From NCBI GenBank assembly GCA_963796965.1, contig CAWCNS010000002.1, positions 160,001-224,000 of the forward strand: 64,000 nt of DNA, given 5' to 3'. This document shows, piece by piece, positions 56,023-64,000 of this stretch. The number at the start of each line of letters is the position of its first letter. The first letter of the stretch is position 1. Made by a program: the position numbers and the translations under genes. The DNA is from Calditrichia bacterium. Its GTDB lineage: Bacteria > Calditrichota > Calditrichia > JAJRVZ01. The notes under the pieces are model-generated. The model was given only the letters and a program-made list of their open reading frames with translations, was not told the origin of the DNA and made no database searches.

Positions 56023-58398
56023 ATGGTAATGTTTATGTACAAACATATTTGGCGATCACTATTAAAAAACAAAAAATATACTGCGCTCAACATTCTGGGA
56101 CTTGGAATTAGCCTGGCCGCCTGTTTTTTTATTTTTCTATGGATCTTTCATCAATATAGTTTTGATGAATTTCATGACAACTTTTCAAGGATCTATCAGA
56201 TAAATTATAAAAACACAAGGGATGGTCAACGATGGGCTGGTTCGCCTGCTCCATTGGCCCCAGCAATAGAAAAAAGCGTTACAGGAATTGAAAAAGTTGC
56301 TCGGGTTCGTCGACTACCCGAATTCGCCTTCAAATATAAAGATAATTTATTTTACGAAAGTGGTGGGTTAACAGCGGATCCGGCTTTCTTTGATATTTTT
56401 TCATTTAAAACGTTGCAGGGAGATCCGAAACAAGCTTTGGATCAGGAAGATCATATGGTGATTACAAAGTCTTTTGCTAAAAAGTACTTTGGTGATGAGA
56501 ATCCGATTGATAAGGAGATGTTTTTAGAGGGTGAAGCTGGGGGATTCGTTAAAGCTGTTATAGAAGATGTACCAGCAAACTCACATATACAATTTGATTA
56601 TCTTCTTTCTCATAAATTTGCCGTTAAATATCAATTGTGTGGAATGTACTGGGGTGATCCAAATTTTAGGACTTTTATTCTCACAACTCCAGGGATTTCG
56701 ATTGAACCTTTAACAAAAAGCATTGAAAAAATTGCCCGGGATAATCATTGTCCTCATATCATTTCCGGCGACAACATATATCATCTTCGACAGCTTAAAG
56801 ATATTTATTTAGATTATGAAATATCTAACCGCCTGGGTGAAAGTGGAGATTACCGGACTCTTTTTGTTTTTGCTTCTATCGGTATTATCATTCTTTTACT
56901 CGCCTGTATCAATTACATAAATCTTTCGCTCTCTCTTATTAACAATAGAAGAACTTCCTCTTCTATCAAAAAAATATGTGGTGCGAGTCGGAGAAATATT
57001 TTTTATTCTTATTTTTCTGAAACATTAATTATTGTCATAATATCTTTTCTTGTTGCCTTACTATTCGTCGAAATATTTAAATCTTCGTTTTTAGAACTAG
57101 CAGGACAAAATATCTCTTTTAAATTTAGTACCACCTATTTCATATCTCTTTTCATTATAATTATTATAACAACATTAATATGCGGCATATACCCTTCAAT
57201 CAAACTTTCCAGCACAAAAACAATTGTTCTTGGGACCTCAACAAGGGAAAAAAATCGATTTTTGGGGATTTTAATTATTTTCCAAAACAGTATATCTATT
57301 GCCCTTATCATTTGTGCCCTTCTGTTTACTATACAATTAAGCTTTGTTTACAGCAAAGATCTGGGTTTTTCGAAAAATCAGATTGCCTACATTACATTAA
57401 GAGGGAAAATATCTAACAATGTTGAAGTTCTTAAAGAACAAATGGAAAAACACCCTGAAGTGGAGCAAATAGCCTTAAAAGATTGTGTACCATATAGCCA
57501 AAGAAACAATACCCGAGGTATTTTATGGAAAAGGAACGGCCAAATATTCAACGGCGGAGATGAACGTGTAACAACAGAAACAACCAGAATTGATGTCAAT
57601 TACTTTAATATGTTCGATGTGAAATTTCATCAAGGGCGTAACTTCGATGATAATCTTGAATCTGATAAAGAAAACTATATAATAAATCAGGAAGCTGCCA
57701 GAAAAATGGCCATGACAGATCCGGTGGGTAAAGAATTCGCTTTATACGGACGATGGGGTACTATTGTTGGCGTGATAAAAGATACCTATTTTAAAAATCT
57801 TCATGATAAAATCAATCCACAAGTATTTTATCTATTTAAAGATCTAACCAAAGAGTCATATTTCAGTAGCATGTTTTTTAAACTTAAGGGAAATGATATA
57901 CCCGGATTTATAAAAGAGCTCGAGAAGACATGGGCAGAGCTTAATCCGCATATCCCTTTTGAATACCATTTTTTAGATACAGATTATGAAATGCTTTATA
58001 AAAATGATATTCGCTTAACAAAAATGATTGGAGTCTTTACATTTTTATCAATTTTTATTGCTTGCCTTGGTTTAATTGGCCAGTCTCAAATTTCAGCAGA
58101 AACGCGAACAAAAGAAATTGGAATCAGAAAAGTTGTTGGTGCCACTATCTTTAACATCTTTACCATGATATCAAAAAACTATATCCGATGGATTCTGCTG
58201 GCTAATATTATCGCCTGGCCAGTTGCCTATTATGCGATGTCACAATGGTTAGAAAATTTCGCTTATCGGGTTGATATCTCAATATGGCCATTTGTTTTGG
58301 CTGGCCTGATTGCTTTAGTAATCGCTCTGATAACCGTAAGTTGGCAGACCATCCGGGCGGCGACAGCAAATCCGGTTGAGTCTCTCAGATACGAATAG
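56023..58398 (+). CDS. Duplicated MacB/FtsX-type ABC permease 3
   Basis: 791 aa, same architecture, ends NPVESLRYE. Confidence 0.92.
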   Translation: MVMFMYKHIWRSLLKNKKYTALNILGLGISLAACFFIFLWIFHQYSFDEFHDNFSRIYQINYKNTRDGQRWAGSPAPLAPAIEKSVTGIEKVARVRRLPEFAFKYKDNLFYESGGLTADPAFFDIFSFKTLQGDPKQALDQEDHMVITKSFAKKYFGDENPIDKEMFLEGEAGGFVKAVIEDVPANSHIQFDYLLSHKFAVKYQLCGMYWGDPNFRTFILTTPGISIEPLTKSIEKIARDNHCPHIISGDNIYHLRQLKDIYLDYEISNRLGESGDYRTLFVFASIGIIILLLACINYINLSLSLINNRRTSSSIKKICGASRRNIFYSYFSETLIIVIISFLVALLFVEIFKSSFLELAGQNISFKFSTTYFISLFIIIIITTLICGIYPSIKLSSTKTIVLGTSTREKNRFLGILIIFQNSISIALIICALLFTIQLSFVYSKDLGFSKNQIAYITLRGKISNNVEVLKEQMEKHPEVEQIALKDCVPYSQRNNTRGILWKRNGQIFNGGDERVTTETTRIDVNYFNMFDVKFHQGRNFDDNLESDKENYIINQEAARKMAMTDPVGKEFALYGRWGTIVGVIKDTYFKNLHDKINPQVFYLFKDLTKESYFSSMFFKLKGNDIPGFIKELEKTWAELNPHIPFEYHFLDTDYEMLYKNDIRLTKMIGVFTFLSIFIACLGLIGQSQISAETRTKEIGIRKVVGATIFNIFTMISKNYIRWILLANIIAWPVAYYAMSQWLENFAYRVDISIWPFVLAGLIALVIALITVSWQTIRAATANPVESLRYE

Positions 58399-58429
58399 TA
58401 TCGGAGAGGCGAAATCCCGGTTTATCGGA

Positions 58430-58453
58430 ATGGAGTCACTGCGTTATGAGTAG
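58430..58453 (+). other. Orphan permease tail MESLRYE*
   Basis: atg gag tca ctg cgt tat gag tag, 31 nt after the permease 3 stop. Confidence 0.75.
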
Positions 58454-58454
58454 G

Positions 58455-58580
58455 ATTCGTGAAGCGTGGCGTGTAGAGGGTACAGAGTTAAGGGTGGAAT
58501 GTTTTGTGAGAAGAGAAGAGCGAAAATGATGAAACGTGGAGCGTGGAGTGCAGAGCGTTGAGCGTGAAGCGCTCTACGTA
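58455..58580 (+). repeat. Composite AGCGT-family heptamer element
   Basis: ttcgtga agcgtgg cgtgtag agggtac agagtta agggtggaa...aacgtgg agcgtgg agtgcag agcgttg agcgtga agcg. Confidence 0.7.
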
Positions 58581-58593
58581 CAAGGGAGTAGAT

Positions 58594-60961
58594 ATGTTAA
58601 AAAACTACATTAAAATAGCCCTTAGAAATATACTTAAGTATAAACTTCATTCCCTGATCAACATTTCAGGGCTTGCTGTTGCCATTGCCTGTTCAATAAT
58701 GCTGATATTGTTTATCAAGCATGAATTGAGACTATGATTCATTTCACACCAATGGAGACAGGATATTTCGGATTAATCATACATTTATGCGAGACAACTC
58801 AACCCGAATTAATTCAAAAACCCAGGCCCCACTCGCAGCAGCTGTAAAAGAAGAATTTCCCGAAGTTGAATATGCAACGCGGTTTCTATTTTCAGAATTT
58901 AATGTAAAATACAGAGATAAAATATTTACAGAGACAGCAACCTTTACAGATCCCGACTTTTTCAAAATGTTTTCATTTAATCTTCATATCGGAAATCCTG
59001 ATCAGGTATTAAGGGATAAAAATACAGTTGTTCTTAGTAAACGAACAGCTAAAAAATATTTTGGCAAGGATAATCCGATAGGCAAACAATTAACCTTAAT
59101 GCAATCTGGTGGACATTACATTTTTACAGTAAATGGTGTAATCGAAGATACACCCAATAATTCCAGTATTCACTATGACCTCTTATGCCCTTTTGAGAAA
59201 ACAAGAGATATTTATAGAGAAGATTTTTCTATTGATAGCTGGTCTTTACACGCTGTCCATACTTATATCCAGTTATACAATTCTTACCAAATGCAAGCAC
59301 TGAATTCAAAGATCCCTTCTCTTGTAAAAAAATATAATGATGATACGCAAACCGATTACTCTTTACAACCCTTATCAGATATCCATTTCGCATCAACAGT
59401 CCAGGCAACCATGGTGCCGGCGAGCAGCAAGACCTACTCCTACATTCTGGCTGGTATTACTTTATTAATCCTGATAATTGCAAGTATTAATTCCATGAAC
59501 ATCATGGCCTCTCTTAGTTCAATGCGTTATAAAGAAGTTGGTATCCGGAAAGTCATGGGGGCTTTCCGACGACAAATTATTATACAATTCTGTTGTGAGA
59601 CGATGATCATTACTGCTATATCTTTTTTTCTTGGGATCTTTTTAGCGGAATTGTTTTTACCTGTATTTAACAATCTCGCTGATAAAACATTAATTCTCAC
59701 CGATGTACATCCCTCGTATTTCATTGGTTTAGCGATCTTTCTGATCTTAGGTTTAAGTCTTCCTTCCGGACTTTTTCCGGCTTTGATGCTTTCAAAATAT
59801 CAGCCTGCGGATCTTTATCAACAGAAAATATTGTCAAGCAGTAAGGGCTATTTTTCAAAATCATTGATTGTGATTCAATTTGGATTATCCATATTTCTGA
59901 TAGTTTGTACATTGGTGATGTCGAATCAGCTCAATTATCTTAAATCACAAAACCTGGGATTTAATGGCGAACAGGTGGTTGCAATTCCCTTTCATGGGGG
60001 AAATAGTCAACAAACGCTTGACACCTACCGCACAACCTTAAAACCATATACAAGCGTCATTAATGTTACCGGTGCGATTGCATATCCCGGCAGTTATTTT
60101 CATATCGCTAATGTTCTCAGTGAGAATGCCTCTGTCTCTGCGAGAAACCTAAAAATAGATTATGACTTTTTGGATACTTTTGGTATAAGGTTAAGTGAAG
60201 GCCGAAATTTCTCAAGGAACATCCACACTGATACCTCAAAAGCAATAATTGTTAATCAGGCTTTTGTCAACCGAATGGATTGGTCTTCGGCCATTGGTAA
60301 AACAGTTGTGATAGAATGGATGGGGTGGGATTTAGAAGTGATCGGTGTTATCAATAATTTTCATTATGCCTCATTACACGAAAAAATTGGACCGCTGGTC
60401 CTATTTTTAGATCCCTATGTTCCCTTGAACTATTACTTTGTAAAAATCAAACCAGAGAAGATTTCAGAAACAATTTCTTTACTCAAGGACAAATTTTACC
60501 AGATTGTGCCGGATCATCCCTTTGAATACAGTTTTCTGGACCAATCATTTAACCAACTTTATAATTTCGAAGAGCGCTGGAACCAAATCGTAAAGTATTC
60601 TTCCGTTTTGGCCATCCTGATTGCCGGATTCGGCTTGTTCGGGCTTTCAGCATTAAGGATGACAAAACGTACCAAGGAAATCGGGATTCGCAAAGTAGCC
60701 GGTGCTTCGGTAAGCAGCGTAATTCTGATGTTGTCAAAGGAATTTTTTAAATGGGTAGTTCTGGCCAATCTTATCGCCTGGCCGATTGCCTATATCATGA
60801 TGGATCGCTGGTTACAAAATTTTGCGTATAAAACAGATATTTATTGGTGGATTTTTTTGATAGCCGGAGCAACTGCAATACTTATCACCTGGGTCACTAT
60901 AAGCACCCATGCCATTAAAGTAGCCCTGACCAATCCGGTGGATTCGCTGAGATATGAATGA
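58594..60961 (+). CDS. Duplicated MacB/FtsX-type ABC permease 4; apparent +1 frameshift near 58730
   Basis: MLKNYIKIALRN start joins ORF 58787..60961; ends NPVDSLRYE. Confidence 0.88.
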
Positions 60962-60982
60962 TCAATAATAATTGGAGGTGTT

Positions 60983-63394
60983 GTGCTTAAAAACTATTTT
61001 AAATCTGCATTGAGAAATCATGTAAAAAACAAGTGGAATTCGCTCATTAATATTTTCAGTCTGGCAATAGGAATTGCCTGTTGTATACTCATTTTTGTTT
61101 ATGTCTCTCATGAGTTCAGTTTTGACCAATTTCATGAAAATGGGGAAAATATCTACCAAATTTATTATTGTGCAGAAACCACAGAAAACGAAGTCTACAA
61201 TTTAAGTCTACATCCACATTCATTAGTTACTGAGCTTCAGAGTAATTATCCAGCAGTCAAAAATGCGACAGCCTTCCAACGGACAAGTGCGCTTACGGAG
61301 CATAATAACAAAAGATTTATAGAGCATTTTGCAAAGGTCGATTCTACCTTTTTATCCATGTTTAGTTTTCCGTTAATTGCCGGTGATCCCCAGAAGGCAT
61401 TATTAACCCACGACCAGGTGGTTATTTCAGAAAAAGTGGCAGAAAAATTTTTCGGCAACTTTAATAGCGATTATTCACAGATTATTGGAAAAGTGCTGAC
61501 TATTCATGGGTGGGAAGATAAAAAAGATTATATCATTAGTGGAATTTTGAAATCATTGCCCAAAAACTCTAGCCTAGAGTTTGACCTTTTGATGTTGGCG
61601 GAAGGAAATAGTTATTATAGCCGATCTAGCAACGCTTTTGGTGAACTCTCGGTTTTTATGGAGCTTAAAACGGGATATAACCCGGCGGATGTTGAAAAAT
61701 CATTACAACCACTAGTCGCAAAAATTTATGGTAAACCGGTAGACGAGTTAAAGGAGAAAGGTGTTTTAAAAGATACTGATGATTCTTTTATTCTTAAAAT
61801 TCAATCCTTAAAGGATGTTTATTTCAATACAAATATACACACCCGCTATGAATCACAAAGTGATAAAACCTATTCATATATTTTGATAGGTATCGGACTG
61901 TTAATATTAACCTTAGCCTGTATCAACTTTATTAATCTTTCAATTGGGCAATCTCTAACCAGAACATTAGAAGTTGGTATTAGAAAAGTATTGGGTGCGG
62001 GAAGAAAACATATTGTTATTCAATATTCGATAGAAAAAATTGTACTCATTATAGTGTCGCTTATTTTCGGATATACAATCGCAGAATTTTTATTACCAAT
62101 GTTTAATCAATTATCTCAAAAGGAATTATCAATTGATATCTTTAGTAATTTTGGGATTCCAATTTTCCTGTTCATTATCTTGCTAATATCCAGTTTTTTT
62201 GCCGCCGGGATCCCGTCCCTGGTTCTTTCAAGTTATACTCCCACAGGAGTTTTTAAGGCCTTATCAAAGCTTGGGGGGAAAAGTAGAATCAATTCTATAC
62301 TTGTTATCATACAATTTTTTCTCTCTATTGTTTTATTAACATCCGCATTTATAATGTCCCATCAAATTTCATATATGCAGAATAAGCAACTCGGATTTGA
62401 CAAAGATCAAATTGTTGTGATACCAATATCAAAGGACTTAAGTGATACCTATAAAACAAATATTTCATCCTACCCGGATATTATCAACGTTACGGGATGT
62501 GACCGAAATTTTTCAAACGGTAATAGCTCCAGAATTTTTCACACCCAATCCGGCAAGCCGATTCAGGTAAATATAATCCGGGTAGAAGAAGAATACGTTA
62601 ATACATTAGGCATTGATCTAATCGAGGGACGTGATTTCTCAGAATCATTTCCAGGAGATAAATTAAATTCCATCATTGTAAATGAAACATTAGTCAAAGA
62701 ATTTGATCTTCAAAGTCCCATTGGCACCATTTTAAACGGATATGCGTTCAAAGAACATAAGCCGGAAATCGTCGGTGTTGTCAAAGACTATCATGTCCAC
62801 TCATTGCGAGAAGAAATTCCACCTTCAATATTACATATGACGTCAGAGATAAATGGCCCATGGTCCATAATGGTAAAGATTAGAGCAAAAAATATCAGTA
62901 GAACCATCAACATTCTAAAAGAGCAATGGCATAAAACAGTACCAAACCGGGATTTTAACTATACATTTTTAAGTGACAATTTAAATTTGAAATATCAAAA
63001 CGAAGAACGCTGGCAGAAAATAACAGGGATCAGCACCTTATTTTCATTTATAATTTCTTCTATGGGACTTTTAGGATTGGTGATTATTATTATAAATGCA
63101 AGAACAAAAGAAATTGGCATTCGAAAAGTATTAGGTGCTTCAATAATTAACGTGATTGCCATATTAGGAAAAGATATAGCCAAATGGGTAATTATAGCCA
63201 ATTTAATCGCCTGGCCCATTACCTGGTATGCTATGAACCGTTGGCTTGAGAATTATGTGTACAAAATTGAAATCGCCTGGTGGTACTTTCTGCTGGCAGG
63301 TTTTGTAGCATTGATTATAGCATTAATTACCGTAAGTGTACAAACATTAAAAGCGGCACTTGCCAATCCTATTGAAGCCCTGCGGTATGAGTAA
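60983..63394 (+). CDS. Duplicated MacB/FtsX-type ABC permease 5
   Basis: GGAGG plus GTG; 803 aa; ends NPIEALRYE. Confidence 0.93.
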   Translation: MLKNYFKSALRNHVKNKWNSLINIFSLAIGIACCILIFVYVSHEFSFDQFHENGENIYQIYYCAETTENEVYNLSLHPHSLVTELQSNYPAVKNATAFQRTSALTEHNNKRFIEHFAKVDSTFLSMFSFPLIAGDPQKALLTHDQVVISEKVAEKFFGNFNSDYSQIIGKVLTIHGWEDKKDYIISGILKSLPKNSSLEFDLLMLAEGNSYYSRSSNAFGELSVFMELKTGYNPADVEKSLQPLVAKIYGKPVDELKEKGVLKDTDDSFILKIQSLKDVYFNTNIHTRYESQSDKTYSYILIGIGLLILTLACINFINLSIGQSLTRTLEVGIRKVLGAGRKHIVIQYSIEKIVLIIVSLIFGYTIAEFLLPMFNQLSQKELSIDIFSNFGIPIFLFIILLISSFFAAGIPSLVLSSYTPTGVFKALSKLGGKSRINSILVIIQFFLSIVLLTSAFIMSHQISYMQNKQLGFDKDQIVVIPISKDLSDTYKTNISSYPDIINVTGCDRNFSNGNSSRIFHTQSGKPIQVNIIRVEEEYVNTLGIDLIEGRDFSESFPGDKLNSIIVNETLVKEFDLQSPIGTILNGYAFKEHKPEIVGVVKDYHVHSLREEIPPSILHMTSEINGPWSIMVKIRAKNISRTINILKEQWHKTVPNRDFNYTFLSDNLNLKYQNEERWQKITGISTLFSFIISSMGLLGLVIIIINARTKEIGIRKVLGASIINVIAILGKDIAKWVIIANLIAWPITWYAMNRWLENYVYKIEIAWWYFLLAGFVALIIALITVSVQTLKAALANPIEALRYE

Positions 63395-63570
63395 AGTTAG
63401 TAGAGCGAAAATCGTGAATGGTGGAGAGTAGAGTGAAGAGATACGAGAGAGGAGAATAATGATTGAGATAAAGGATCTCTCTTCCCTCCTCGCTCCCCTC
63501 TCCTCCTTATGCGCCACAAAACGTATAACAGATGTTTGTTTCACGTACAGTGTTGGACGTTTCACTTTTT
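63395..63570. repeat. Nested inverted heptamer arms between permeases 5 and 6
   Basis: Purine-rich gtgaagagatacgagagaggag versus ctctcttccctcctcgctcccctctcctc; outer tttcacg...gtttcact. Confidence 0.6.
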
Positions 63571-63579
63571 GGAGTAAAG

Positions 63580-64000
63580 ATGATAAAAAATTATCTAACC
63601 ATTGCATTTAGAAATATTTTAAAGAATAAATTATTTACAATAATAAATGTAGCTGGGCTTGCCATTGGCATGGCTGTTTGTTTTATCATTTACCTGTGGG
63701 TTCAAGATGAAATTAGTTATGATCAGTTCAATTCCAGGGCTGATAATATCTATCGTGTAGAAAGAAGATGGGATTTTCAGGATATGCATGGGCAGGGTGC
63801 CAACACATCGCCACCCTTTGGACCAGTTATGGTCCAGGATTACCAGGAAATTATAGATTTTGTCCGGCTCGAGAAAAAAGAAGTATTTATCAAAGACCAT
63901 CGAAATCTCTTCAGAAAACAAAAAGTTATGGTTTCTGATAATTCTATTTTTCAAATATTTGATTTTAAGCTTTTCAAAGGTGACCGCGAAAATGTATTAA
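63580..64000 (+). CDS. Duplicated MacB/FtsX-type ABC permease 6, truncated by the window end
   Basis: Hand translation MIKNYLTIAFRNILKNKLFTIINVAGLAIGMAVCF...DEISYDQF...IYRV stays open to 64000; absent from the ORF track. Confidence 0.9.
   Translation, partial: MIKNYLTIAFRNILKNKLFTIINVAGLAIGMAVCFIIYLWVQDEISYDQFNSRADNIYRVERRWDFQDMHGQGANTSPPFGPVMVQDYQEIIDFVRLEKKEVFIKDHRNLFRKQKVMVSDNSIFQIFDFKLFKGDRENVL

Noticed and set aside
52864..58453. Diversity-generating retroelement (Avd-like gene plus repeated 3' ends)
   Set aside because: No reverse transcriptase in the window, and differences between repeated tails or C-terminal domains are mostly synonymous and not adenine-specific
50415..64000. Classical integron cassette array
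   Set aside because: No integrase seen, and the junctions lack a consistent RYYYAAC...GTTRRRY attC structure

Overview
AT-rich bacterial chromosomal window. The two secreted proteins ending in an NYPNPFNP sorting domain, the GAFTDA-type sigma54 regulator and the tandem MacB-like permeases suggest an FCB-adjacent lineage such as Calditrichota/KSB1 (inference only). Housekeeping content: purC, copZ-copA, acs, hsp20, an asnA-glnA(GSIII) operon with a divergent NifA-like activator, an S8 protease, rmuC, an osmoprotectant ABC system, an acyl-CoA dehydrogenase, a classical menaquinone cluster, recQ and DDAH. The right end holds a sigma54 two-component system facing an export operon: one adaptor, two ATPases and at least six ~800-aa duplicated MacB/FtsX permeases. 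About ten genes are broken by apparent single-base insertions, most likely sequencing or assembly errors. The most unusual signal is non-coding. Many gene ends are followed by degenerate 7-nt (also 8/9-nt) tandem-repeat arms that occur as inverted pairs. Some pairs enclose decayed four-helix-bundle (IVP/Avd-like) genes. Two carry an identically spaced promoter-like box pointing into a (GGATACG)n array. The same heptamers occur inside both secretion C-terminal domains. The permease array also shows orphan and duplicated LRYE-stop tails. Four sigma54-type promoters all have a non-canonical TGTA -12 box, each with its own palindromic enhancer candidate. No rRNA, tRNA, CRISPR array, integrase, transposase or reverse transcriptase was recognised.
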